Notes under the pieces: generated by a model
The model's database searches: none
What the model was told of the DNA's origin: nothing
Seen by the model: only the letters and a program-made list of their open reading frames with translations
Part shown: one piece after another, positions 1-12,509 of the stretch
Numbering within the stretch: position 1 is the stretch's first letter
How the letters are laid out: every line of letters starts with the position of its first letter
Made by a program: the position numbers and the translations under genes
Origin: Scyliorhinus canicula
Taxonomy: Eukaryota
DNA length: 64,000 nucleotides
NCBI RefSeq assembly: GCF_902713615.1
Contig: NC_052173.1
Span: 1,701,859 to 1,765,858 of the forward strand
Direction of reading: 5' to 3'

Positions 1-1320
1 ACAAACAAGAAGGTGATAATGGCCGGATGATATGTTTTAACAGTGCTTGCTTTTTTTTTAATCCTTTCACAGAACGTGAGCTTCAATAAGGACACGGGGA
101 GTCCAAACCGAGCAAAAGAACAAAGTTTAATTTACAAACAGTAAATTTACACTCCCCTATAGACCCCTATCAGGTTCCTCACTGGATAATTGAGCTACCC
201 CACCCCTAGCGGGAGAGCTCGTACTCCGCAGGGACCACGAGGAAGACGAGCATTCCCACCCCGTAGGTCCCATGTGGGATATTACACGGACGTTCCGCAC
301 ATGGTCAGTATTCGTTGCCCAGCCTTAATTGCCCGGGACCCGAGTGGCTTGCTGGGCTCATTTCAAGGATCAGTTAAGGGTCAACCACATTGCTGTGCGT
401 CTGGAGTCACAGGTAGGCCAGGCCAGGTAAGGACGGCAGATTTCCTTCCCTGAAGGACACCCCTCAGTGCTGCACGAGTACTATCGGGCCGAGACTACGC
501 GTTCGGGACCCTGGAGTGGGAAGTTAGTGAATCAGATGGGTTTAGACCACAATCGATGATAGTTTCATGGTCGCCATTTCGGAGATTCACTTTCAATTCC
601 AGCTTGTTAGTTACTGAATTTGAATTCCACCAGCTGCCATGTTCAGAGGATTAGCCTCTGGATTATATGTCCAGCGATATTACAATAATGCCACCATCTC
701 CCAGGGATAAACATCGGCTTGGACACCAGGCAGAACTCTGCTGTTCTTCAAAATACTGCCATGGTATATTTCCAGTTGACTTGAGACAGCAGAGTCGGTT
801 TTGGTTTGAGGATTCATTCGAAAGACAGCACCTCCAACAGTGCCGCACTGCCGCAGTGCCGCACCACGATCGGTGGCCTACATTATTCGCTCAAGACTTG
901 AACCCACAACGTTCTGACTCAGAGGACTAGCTATTGGACCAGAGCTTTCAAACCTACAGGCCCATCACCCAGAAGCACCCCCGCGTGCCTCTTAGTGAGC
1001 AAGCTAAAAATAATACTGACCTCTGGGATTCCTGGCGTCTGCCGAGTGAGCTGATTGTTAGTGTCTCTGAAAGCGACCAATCAGTCGCCCTGCCAGTAAA
1101 GTGAACTCTCACCTCCACAGCGGGATAGAGGTTCGAAAGGCAACTTGCCTAACAGTGTTAGCTTTGACTTTGGTTAAATGAAAACGCCTTCCCAGTGTGA
1201 AATAATTCAGCGAGGGGCTCGACGATCAAGGAGGCTATTCGGCCTATTGTGACTGTGCTAGCTCTTTGGAAGATCTATCCAATTAGCTCTCCCCTTTCTG
1301 CTGTTAAGTCAGAGAACTTA

Positions 1321-1416
<96 letters not shown>

Positions 1417-1979
1417 TTAAGATATACCACTCGACCTAAACACGGAAACTCACTCCATTCGTACCATCCAGTTTGCTGCTTCATTGAGCTGGTAACATAG
1501 AACATAGAACAGTACAGCACAGAACAGGCCCTTCGGCCCTCGATGTTGTGCCGAGCAATGATCACCCTACTCAAACCCACGTATCCACCCTATACCCGTA
1601 ACCCAACAACCCTCCCTTAACCTTACTTTTTAGGACACTACGGGCAATTTAGCATGGCCAATCCACCTAACCTAAGATGGCGATAATCCTCATGAGGACC
1701 ATGGGTGGGGTTGCGGGGGGGGGGAATGGCTGATTGATCTCCCCATGGGCTTTCGGGACCTTTAAATGTAGCTCCCAGATCCGGAGCGGCAGTTCCCGAA
1801 AGTCCTGGGCTGGGATGTTTGTTTTGTGAGTCACAGTAGCAGTTTGACCTTTCACTCCGGACCTCCTGGAATTATTACACTGGCGACGAGGATCAGGCCC
1901 GGGATTCCGAGCAGCCTTTCCGAAACCCCCCCCCCCGATGACAACTCCGGTAAGAAACAAAGCAAAAAGAAAAACCCAG

Positions 1980-3350
1980 AAATGCTCTTGTTTCAGAAGC
2001 TCGGGTCTTATGATGCGGACGGGGAAGACTGGCCCCAGTATGCCAAACGCATGCGTTACTTCTTCCTAACAGCATAGAAGGGGATGTCTGACATAAAGTA
2101 ATATTTTTGACAGCATACAGGCATCTACGATCAGCATTCTGAAGAGTTTAACTCGTCCTGCAGCCCCGACATTAAAACATTCAACGAGCTTGTGGATCTA
2201 GTGAAGAACCATTACGACCCAAAGTCATTTGTAATCCTCCAGCGTTACCAATTCAACATGTCCTGGGGAACCCGTGACAGAATTACTGGCTGGAATCATA
2301 GAATCCCTACAGTGCAGAAGGAGGCCACTCGGCCCAATGAGCCCTCACTGACCCCTCAAATGAGCACTCCACCCATGTCCACCCCACCCTATCCTTGTAA
2401 CCCCACAACCCAACCTGCACATCCCTGAACACTAAGGGGCAATTTAGCATGGCCAATCCACCTAACCTGCACATCTTTGGACTGTGGGAGGAAACTGGAG
2501 CACCCGGAGGAAACCCACGCAGACACGGGGAGAACTTGCAGACTCCACACAGACAGTGACCCGGGGCTGGAATCGAACCCGGGTCCCTGGCACTATGAGG
2601 CCGCTGTGCTGCCGCGCTAGATTAAGGAAGCTGGCCGAATACTACAGGGTTGGCCCATCCATGACCAAGATGCTACCCAAACGGCTAGTGTGGGAGATCA
2701 ATAATGTTGCGATACAAAAAAGAATGTTGGCAGAACCCACCCCTGATGTCAAAGGGGCTATAGAATTAGGACTATTCTTGGAGAACACGGAGAAATGGGC
2801 CTCAGAACTCCAAGGGACGATGGACATTAGCATTCTCAGGCTGATGGGGGCAAACAGGAAAGACAGCAGTTCCGGCTAAGGCTCCCACATGTGATGCCTC
2901 TCCAGATTGAGATGGGGCAGTCCTTTCCCGTTGATGGGGCAACGGCGCAGAGAGACCTATTGCATACAAATCCAGAACCTTAGTGGACACGGAAAGACGT
3001 TATTCTCAGGTCGAAAAGGAAGGATTGCTCAATATTTTTCAGGTGAAGAAATTCCATCCATGGCTGACATTTCACAAACATAACAGACCATAAACCACTA
3101 CTGGGCCTTTTCAATGAGGATAAAGTGATTTCACCATCACCTCGACTCAGATCCACTGTTGGGCATAATCGTTAGCAGCCTACGAATACTCTCTCTCTCT
3201 CTCTCGAGCACAGCCCACAAGACACACATTGCCAAAGTGGATGCCCTAAGTCGACTCCCCCTGCCCACAGGTTTGGCCCCCCTGACGGTCTTGGAAGAAG
3301 TCATCATGACCTTGAACGTCCTGGATATTGGAGTAGATTCAAGTGTAGAC
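1980..3350 (+). mobile_element. Degenerate Ty3/Gypsy LTR retrotransposon internal fragment (gag + RNase H), interrupted by a SINE
   Basis: Gag-like LGSYDADGEDWPQYAKRMRYFF, LVKNHYDPK...QRYQFN and RLRKLAEY; RNase H-like CDASP, ERPIAYKSRTL..ERRYSQVEKE, TDHKPLLGLF and DALSRLP; many stops and frameshifts. Confidence 0.8.
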
Positions 3351-3626
3351 CCAGAAGGCCCTCACACTGGCAAAACTGCGCAGTGGTTAGCACTGCTGCC
3401 TCACGGCGCCGAGGTCCCAGGTTCGATCTCGGCCACTGTCCGTGTGGAGTTTGCACATTCTCCCCGTGTTTGCGTGGGTTTCGCCCCCACAACCCAAAGA
3501 TGTGCAGGGCAAGTGGATTGGCCTCGCTAAATTGCCCCTTAATTGAAAAAAAAAAAGAATTGGGTACTCTAAATTTATTTTAAAAAAAGACAGTGGATGC
3601 AGAATCTTTTACAAATATTTTCTATA

Positions 3627-6163
3627 GTTTTCTATAGGCCACCTAATAGTTCTAGGGATGTAGAGGAAAGGATGGCGAAGATGATTCAGGAAAAGAGCGA
3701 AAGTAACAGGGTAGTTGTTATGGGAGACGTTAACTTTCCAAATATTGACTGGAAAAGATATAGTTCGAGTACATTAGATGGGTCATTCTTTGTACAATGT
3801 GTGCAGGAGGGTTTCCTGACACAATATGTTGACAGGCCAACAAGAGGCGAGGCCACATTGGATTTGGTTTTGGGTAATGAACCAGGCCAGGTGTTAGATC
3901 TGGAGGTAGGTGAGCACTTTGGAAACAGTGACCACAATTCGGTGACCTTTACGTTAGTGATGGAAAGGGATAAGTATACCCCGCAGGGCAAGAGTTATAG
4001 CTGGGGAAAGGGCAATTATGATGCCATTAGACATGACTTAGGATGTGTAGGTTGGAGAAGTAGGCTGCAAGGGTTGGGCACACTGGATATGTGGAGCTTG
4101 TTCAAGGAACAGCTATTGCATGTTCTTGATAAGTACGTACCAGTCAGGCAGGGAGGAAGGGGTCGAGCGAGGGAACCGTGGTTTACCAAAGAAGTGGAAT
4201 CTCTTGTTAAGAGGAAGAAGGAGGCCTATGTGAAGATGAGGCGTGAAGTTTCAGTTGGGGCGCTTGATAGTTACAAGGAAGCGAGGAAGGATCTAAAGAG
4301 AGAGCTAAGACGAGCAAGGAGGGGACATGAGATGTCTTTGGCAGGTAGGACCAAGGAAAACCCAAAAGCTTTCTATAGGTATGTCAGGAATAAAAGAATG
4401 ACTAGGGTAAGAGTAGGGCCAGTCAAGGACAGTGGTGGGAAGTTGTGTGTGGAGGCTGAGGAGATAAGCGAGATACTAAATGAATACTTTTCGTCAGTAT
4501 TCACTCAGGAAAAAGATAATGTTGTGGAGGAGAATGCTGAGACCCAGGCTATTAGAATAGATGGCATTGAGGTGCGTAGGGAAGAAGTGTTGGCAATTCT
4601 GGACAAGGTGAAAATAGATAAGTCCCCGGGGCCTGATTGGATTTATCCTAGGATTCTCTGGGAAGCCAGGGAAGAGATTGCTGAGCCTTTGGCTTTGATT
4701 TTTAGGTCATCATTGGCTACAGGAATAGTGCCAGAGGACTGGAGGATAGCAAATGTGGTCCCTTTGTTCAAGAAGGGGAGTAGAGATAACCCCGGTAACT
4801 ATAGGCTGGTGAGCCTCACGTCTGTTGTGGGTAAAGTCTTGGAGAGGATTATAAGAGATACGAATAATAATAATCTAGATAGGAATAATATGATTAGGGA
4901 TAGTCAGCATGGTTTTGTGAAGGGTAGGTCATGCCTCACAAATCTTATCGAGTTCTTTGAGAAGGTGACTGAACAGGTAGACGAGGGTAGAGTAGTTGAT
5001 GTGGTGTATATGGATTTCAGTAAAGCGTTTGATAAGGTTCCCCACGGTCGTCTATTGCAGAAAATACGGAGGCTGGGGATTGAGGGTGATTTAGAGATGT
5101 GGATCAGAAATTGGCTAGTTGAAAGAAGTCAGAGGGTGGTGGTTGATGGCAAATGTTCAGAATGGAGTTCAGTTACGAGTGGCGTACCACAAGGATCTGT
5201 TCTGGGGCCGTTGCTGTTTGTCATTTTTATAAATGACCCAGAGGAGGGCACAGAAGCTTGGGTGAGTAAATTTGCAGATGACACTAAAGTCGGTGGAGTT
5301 GTAGACAGTGTGGAAGGATGTTGCAGGTTACAGAGGGACATAGATAAGCTGTAGAGCTGGGCTGAGAGGTGGCAAATGGAGTTTAATGTAGAGAAGTGTG
5401 AGGTGATTCACTTTGGAAAGAATAACAGGAATAAGGAATATTTGGCTAATGGTAAAATTCTTAGCAGTGTGGATGAGCAGAGGGATCTCGGTGTCCATGT
5501 ACATAGATCCCTGAAAGTTGCCACCCAGGTTGATAGGGTTGTGAAGAAGGCCTATGGTGTGTTGGCCTTTATTGGTAGAGGGATTGAGTTCCGGAGCCAT
5601 GAGGTCATGTTGCAGCTGTACAAAACTCTGGTACGGCCGCATTTGGAGTATTGCGTACAGTTCTGGTCGCCTCATTATAGGAAGGACGTGGAAGCTTTGG
5701 AACGGGTGCAGAGGAGATTTACCAGGATGTTGGCTGGTATGGAGGGAAAATCTTATGAGGAAAGGCTGATGGACTTGAGGTTTTTTTCGTTAGAGAGAAG
5801 AAGGTTAAGAGGTGACTTAATAGAGGCATACAAAATGATCAGAGGGTTAGATAGGGTGGACAGCGAGAGCCTTCTCCCGCGGATGGAGGTGGCTAGCACG
5901 AGGGGACATAGCCTTAAATTGAGGGGCAATAGATATAGGACAGAGGTCAGAGGTAGGTTTTTTACGCAAAGAGTGATGAAGCCGTGGAATGCCCTACCTG
6001 CAACAGTAGTGAACTCGCCAACATTGAGGGCATTTAAAAGTTTATTGGATAAGCATATGGATGATAATGGCATAGTGTAGGTTAGATGGCCTTTAGTTTT
6101 TGACTTCCCATGTCGGTGCAACATCGAGGGCCGAAGGGCCTGTACTGCGCTGTATCGTTCTAT
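3627..6163 (+). mobile_element. 5'-truncated CR1-clade LINE: partial APE endonuclease + reverse transcriptase + 3' tail, single nonsense codon at 5352-5354
   Basis: YRPP, MGDVNFP, LDLVL, SDHN (endonuclease); [37 protein letters not shown] (RT). ORFs 3597-5354 and 5376-6080 are in the same frame. Confidence 0.95.
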
Positions 6164-6168
6164 TGAAG

Positions 6169-6358
6169 TCCAATAAACTTTTAAATGCCCTCAATGTTGG
6201 CGAGTTCACTACTGTTGCAGGTAGGGCATTCCACGGCTTCACCACTCTTTGCGTAAAAAACCTACCTCTGACGTCTGTCCTATATCTATTACCCCTCAAT
6301 TTAAGGCTATGTCCCCTCGTGCTAGCCACCCCCATCCTCGGGAGAAGGCTCTCACTGT
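6169..6358 (-). mobile_element. Inverted CR1 ORF2 C-terminal fragment
   Basis: Reverse complement of about 5860-6049 with a handful of substitutions. Confidence 0.9.
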
Positions 6359-6526
6359 AGATAGATTCTTGATGAGCAAGGGTGTGAACGATTGTCAGGG
6401 TAGGTGGGAGGTGACAGTCAGATCAGGCCGCGATCTTATTGCATAGAGGGGCTCGAGGGGCCACCTCCTAATTTGTACGTTCGTTATGCTCCAGCTTTAT
6501 CAGGTCTTGATGAATAAAACGAGTTA

Positions 6527-6709
<183 letters not shown>

Positions 6710-6720
6710 TTAAAAAGCAA

Positions 6721-6974
6721 GGGTGGCACAGCAGCACAGTGGCTAGCACTGCTGTGTCACAGCTCCAGGGTCCCGGGTTCGATTCCCCGCTGGGTCACTG
6801 TCTGTGCGGAGTCTGCACGTTCTCCCCGTGTCTGCGTAGGTTTCCTCCGGGTGCTCCGGTTTCCTCCCACAAGTCCTGAAAGACGTGCTGTCGGGTGAAT
6901 TGGACATTCTGAATTCTCCCTCTGTGACCTGAACAGGCGCCGGAATGTGGCGACTAGGGGATTTTCACAGTAAC
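6721..6974 (+). mobile_element. Chimeric SINE: HE1 head and core joined to the second-family tail, truncated by the gap
   Basis: HE1 core to about 6905, then GAACAGGCGCCGGAATGTGGCGACTAGGGGATTTTCACAGTAAC. Confidence 0.8.
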
Positions 6975-7474
6975 NNNNNNNNNNNNNNNNNNNNNNNNNN
7001 NNNNNNNNNNNNNNNNNNNNNNNNNNNNNNNNNNNNNNNNNNNNNNNNNNNNNNNNNNNNNNNNNNNNNNNNNNNNNNNNNNNNNNNNNNNNNNNNNNNN
7101 NNNNNNNNNNNNNNNNNNNNNNNNNNNNNNNNNNNNNNNNNNNNNNNNNNNNNNNNNNNNNNNNNNNNNNNNNNNNNNNNNNNNNNNNNNNNNNNNNNNN
7201 NNNNNNNNNNNNNNNNNNNNNNNNNNNNNNNNNNNNNNNNNNNNNNNNNNNNNNNNNNNNNNNNNNNNNNNNNNNNNNNNNNNNNNNNNNNNNNNNNNNN
7301 NNNNNNNNNNNNNNNNNNNNNNNNNNNNNNNNNNNNNNNNNNNNNNNNNNNNNNNNNNNNNNNNNNNNNNNNNNNNNNNNNNNNNNNNNNNNNNNNNNNN
7401 NNNNNNNNNNNNNNNNNNNNNNNNNNNNNNNNNNNNNNNNNNNNNNNNNNNNNNNNNNNNNNNNNNNNNNNNNN
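6975..7474. other. Assembly gap (500 N)
   Basis: Run of N. Confidence 1.
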
Positions 7475-8807
7475 CCCCCCCCCGATGCAACACAATCACC
7501 ATTCCCCCCTCCCAGTGCCGGCCCCGCCCACTGCTCCTCCAGCGCGGGAAGGAAACCCGCGTTTCCATCCCAAACCCCGCCCCCCACCCCCGACCCAACA
7601 CACGGGAAAAAGACGGGCACATGACCCAGCGGGACCGCGAACAGCTCCCCAACCCTCCACCAGTGAAAAAACTAAAAAGCACCCCAATAAATAAATAACA
7701 GCCCCAAAAAGCGAAAAAGCAGAACAGCAAAAAGGCAACATCAAACACAGCCAATAAAAACGAAAGGATACCAAGGAGGACAGAGCCTCCGGACTATGTA
7801 CATCATTCCCCAGCCCCCCAGTCCTCAGTTCGAGTCCAGCTTCTCTGCCTGGATAAAGGCCCAGGCCTCCTCCGGAGAGTCAAAGTAGAGCTGGCGGTCC
7901 TTGTAAGTGACCCAGAGGTGAGCCGGCATTAACAGGCCAAACTTCACCCCCTTCCTGTGAAGCACTCCCTTCGCCCGATTGAAACCAGCCCTTCTCTTCG
8001 CCACCTCCGCTCTCCAGTCCTGATAGATCCTGATCTCTGCATTCTCCCACTTGCTGCTCCTTTCCTTCTTCGCCCATCTCAGCACGCACTCACAGTCAAC
8101 GAAGCGGTGAAAACGGACCAGCACCGCCCGAGGCAGCTCGTTCGGCCTGGGCATCCTCAACAGCACTCGATGGGCCCCCTCCAGCTGCAAGTGTCCTTGG
8201 AACGACCCCGCGCCCATTAACGAGTTCAGCATCACAACCACGTAGGCCCCCAAATCCGAACTTTCCAGCCCCTCCGGGAGGCCCAGAATCCGCAGGTTCT
8301 TCCGACGGGAGCGGTTCTCCATCTCCTCCATCCTTGCCAACCATTTCTTGTGAAGCGCCTCGTGCGACTCCACCTTCACTGCCAGGCCCAGGAGTTCGTC
8401 CTCACTCTCCGAGGCCTTTTGCCGTAGCTCCCGGATCTCCGCACCCTGAGCCGTCTGAGTCGCCATGAGCTTGTCCAGCGAGGCCTTAAACGGCTCCAGG
8501 TTCTCAGCTTTCAGCTCCCTGAAGCAGCTCCTGCTGCTCCTGCGCCCACTGCTGCCACGCTGCCGGTTCCCCGCCCGCCGCCATCTTGTTTTTCCTGCCT
8601 CGCACCTTTCTCTGCTCCAAAGCCGATTTTTTGACCGCTCTGCTCCTGGTCCAGTCCATCCACCGGCAGCTGAGCACAGTGGATGTGTTCCCACCCGGGG
8701 AAAAGTCCAACCAACACCGCTGCGGGCCCTTAAAAGAGCCCAAAGACCAAAAATAGCGGGAGCTACCGAACGTGCGGCTTAGCTCCGCATCACTGCTACC
8801 GGAAGTC
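7475..8807 (-). mobile_element. L1-clade LINE 5' end: 5' UTR, ORF1 (about 7825-8585) and inter-ORF region running into the gap
   Basis: ORF1p motifs ENRSRRKNLRILGLPEG, AHRVL, PRAVLVRFH, IRIYQD and a coiled coil; the element begins GACTTCCGGT; probable frameshift near 8525. Confidence 0.88.
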
Positions 8808-9454
8808 TCCTTCTCGTCCAGTTATAACAACTGGGATTATAACACATTCATGGAGCTAATTGTCACAACAGGGAGGAGCAGAATCGCCGAACACTGTTTG
8901 ACATTTCCATATCCTTACAACTCTTTACCACCTATGCAATATTTAAAAAAAATAAATTTAGAGTACCCAATTAATTTTTTCCAATTAAGGGGCAATTTAG
9001 CGTGGCCAATCCACCTACCCTGCACATAGAACATAGAATGCAGAGGGAGGCCATTCGGCCCATCGAGTCTGCACCGACCCATTTAAGCCCTCACTTCCAC
9101 CCTATCCCCGTAACCTCATCTAACCTTTTTTGGACACTAAGGGCAATTTAGTGTGGCCAATCCACCTAACTTTGGACTGTGGGAGGAAACCGGAGCACCC
9201 GGAGGAAACCCACGCACACACGGGGAGGATGTGCAGACTCCGCACAGACAGTGACCCAGCGGGGAATCGAACCTGGGACCCTGGCACTGTGAAGCCACAA
9301 TGTTAACCACTGTGCTACCGTGCTGCCCTACCACCTATCCAATATTATCGTAAATGTTGGGATCATTTCTGCCTCGAGCACTAATCGTCAAAATGAATTC
9401 CCCTGCCCTCTATTCCAAATCTCTTAAATTTGACGGTATCAATGGGCAGCCGGG

Positions 9455-10250
9455 GGTATTAATAGAGGAGTAGGGAAATGGATGCACTCGTTAGGATTTC
9501 CCAGATTCCAGAACGGGCTCAGCAGATCGGAAGTTGACAAACGCAATTCTGCACTTCAAAAACTCGAGGGAGAATGAAAACAGGAAACTACAGGAAGCCT
9601 GACATCAGTCGTCAGGAATCTATTATTAAGGAAGTCTCAACAATGGATGGAATGATCAGTCAGATCCACATAGTTTTACAATCGGACATATTTCTCAAAA
9701 GCCTTTTGATGCTGTAACTAGCATTTGTAATTGCCAGTAATTGTACGATATTTAGATTTCCAAAAAGCATTTGGCAAGGTGCCACACAGACGGTTAATAA
9801 GCAAAATTGGGGCTCATGGTGTTGAGGTACATGAACAGAGGATTCTTTAACAGACAGGAAGCAGAGAGTAGGGACAAACAGCATTTTCAAGTTGACAGGC
9901 TGTAACTAGTGGAGTACTGCAAGGATCAGTACTGTGGCCATAGCTATTTACACTTTATATTACTGGTTTATTCAAAGAGATTAAGAGAGTAATGTATCCA
10001 AGTTTGCTGATGATACAAAGCTGGGTGGAAAGGTAAGTTGTGAGGATGAAGTGATATAGACAGGTTAAGTAAGTGGGGCACAAGTGGGCAAATGGAGTAT
10101 ATCAGGGAAGTGTAATTCTATTCACTTTGGTATTAAGATAGCAAAATATATATATTTTTAAAACGGTATGAAATTAAATGTTGCTGTTCAGGGGTGCACC
10201 TGTGCAACAGACACAGAAAATTAGCAGGCAGATACAAGTAGAACAATTGT
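9455..10250 (+). mobile_element. Old degenerate CR1 RT fragment
   Basis: [33 protein letters not shown] with frameshifts. Confidence 0.75.
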
Positions 10251-11094
10251 ATGCTGAGATCACAGAATCGTTACAGCACACAGAAGGCAATTCAGCACGT
10301 TATGTCTGCACTAGTACTCCAAAGGAGCAATTTACCGAGCACAACTTCCCGGGCCTTCTCCCCATAAATCTGCACAGTGCTAATTCAATTCCCTTTCAAA
10401 AGGATCCCTCGACTAAAACTGCCCCCATCACACTTTCAGGCAGTGCACTCCAGACCCTAACTGCTTGCTGCGCAAAAATGTTTTTCCTGATATCTTCTTT
10501 GTTTCCTTTGCCAATTACCTGTGCCCTCTCGTTCCTGAACCTTCCACCAACAGGAACCGTTTTTCCCTATCTTCTCTGTCCAGACCCTTCATAATTTTGT
10601 ATATCTCTATCAAATCTCCTATCAGCCTTCTTTTCTCCAGGTAAGACAGTCTCAACCTCTCCGAATCTATCTACTTAACTGACATAATGTACGGTGCACG
10701 ATTCTAGAGACAGAGGGGCGGCACGATGGTTCACATTGCTGCCTCATGGTACCGACGTCCCAGGTTCGATCCCGGCTCTGGGTCACTGTCCGTGTGGAGT
10801 TTGCACATTCTCCCTGTGTCTGCGTGGGTTTCACACCCACAACCCAAAGATGTGCAGGGTAGGTGGATTGGCCACGCTAAATTGCCCCTTAATTGGAAAA
10901 AATGAATCGGGTACTCAATTTTTAAAAAATTAAATAAATAATTTTAGAAACATATAAGCAGGAGGGGGCCATTCAGCCCTTTGAGCCCACTCCATCATTC
11001 ATTATCATGGCTGATTGTCCAACTCAATAGCCTCCCCACGCCCCAAACCCTTTGATCCCCTTTGCCCCAAGAGCTATATATAGATTCAAACCCG

Positions 11095-11265
11095 GGTCCT
11101 CAGTGCACAGTGGGCTAAACAGCTGGCTTGTAATGCAAAATAAGGCAGCAGCGCAGGTTCAATTCCTGTACCAGCCTCCCCGAACAGGCGCCGTAATGTG
11201 GCGACTAGGGGCTTTTCACAGTAACTTCATTGAAGCCGACTTGTGACAATAAGTGATTATTATTA
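11095..11265 (+). mobile_element. Second tRNA-like SINE family (about 170 bp) with tail GGGGCTTTTCACAGTAACTTCATTGAAGCC
   Basis: B-box-like GGTTCAATTCC; further copies at about 20275-20430(-), 45308-45460(-), 58340-58515(-), tail only at 12340-12396(+). Confidence 0.75.
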
Positions 11266-11349
11266 GAATTCCTTGTTGGAAAACAATGTTTTGGCCTCAA
11301 CTACTTCCTGTGGTAGCAAATTTCATAACTTGCATATCTTTCCCTTGCC

Positions 11350-11830
11350 TTGCAGCAGTCTCGAAAAGGGTCATTAAACTGGTTTCTAGGATGAGAGGGT
11401 TGTCTTAGAGACCGACTAAATTGGGCCTATACTGTCTGGAGTTTCGAAGAATGAAAGGTGATCTCATCGAGACAGGCAAGATTTTGAAGAGGCTCGGGAG
11501 GGTCGATGTGGAGAGATTGTTTCCCCCTGGCTGGGGAATCTAGAACACAATCTCAGGATGAGGCCCAACATTTAGGACGGAGATGAGGAGAAATTGCTTC
11601 ATTAAAAGGGTTGTGAGTTGTTGGAATTCTCCACCGCAGAGGGTGTGGATGCTCTGTCATTAAATATATTCAAGGCTGAGATAGACATTTTTGATCTTTC
11701 AGGGAATCAAAGGATGTGGGGAGTGGGCTGGAAAGGAGGTGAGGCAGATCAGTCCTGACCATATTGAATAATAAAACAGACTCGAGGTGCCCTTTAGTCT
11801 ATCCCTGCTCCTATTTCTGTTCTTATAATT
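11350..11830 (+). mobile_element. Degenerate CR1 3' fragment
   Basis: LEFRRMKGDLIET, FRTEMRRN, VVSCWNS and a CR1-type tail. Confidence 0.7.
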
Positions 11831-12509
11831 CGTTCTATGGCACCTTTATTATGGTAAAGTGCCCCACAGTGCTCCCCGGGAGCAATTGTCAAACAATTGG
11901 CAGCACAGTAGCACAAGTGGCTTCACAGCGCCAGGGTCCCAGGTTCGATTCCCCACTGGGTCACTGTCTGTGCGGAGTGTCTGCACGTTCTCCTCGTGTC
12001 TGCATGGGTTTCCTCCGGGTGCTCCGGTTTCCTCCCACTGTCCAAAGATGTGCAGCTTAGGTGGATTGGCCGTGCTAAATTGTCCTTAGTGTCCAAAAAG
12101 GTTAGGAGGGGTTATTGGGTTACGGGGATAGGGTGAAAGTGAGGGCTTAAGTGGGTCGGTGCAGACTCGATGGGCCGAATGTACTGTATGTTCTAAAACG
12201 TGACACCAAGTCACGTAAACAGATATTAGGGACACACTTTGCCAAGGTGCTAGGTTTTTAAAGGCGTTACGGACATGAGGAGTAATATAGTTCCACGAAG
12301 ACTGGTAGCTCTTGTGTGCTTTATCCCAAGTGTCTATTAAGGGGCTTTTCACAGTAACTTAATTGAAGCCTACTTGTGACAAGAAGCGATTATTATATTT
12401 CTTTGTGTATCCACAAGATACACCATCAGAAAGAATATCACAGCCAAATCCAATCTGGTCCTGTCCCAACATCTGAACATACTCCCACTTTCCAGCCAAG
12501 ATGGCTCGA

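Noticed and set aside
6757-7754. Long ORFs spanning N runs (also 51682-52349)
   Set aside because: Artefacts of translating assembly gaps.
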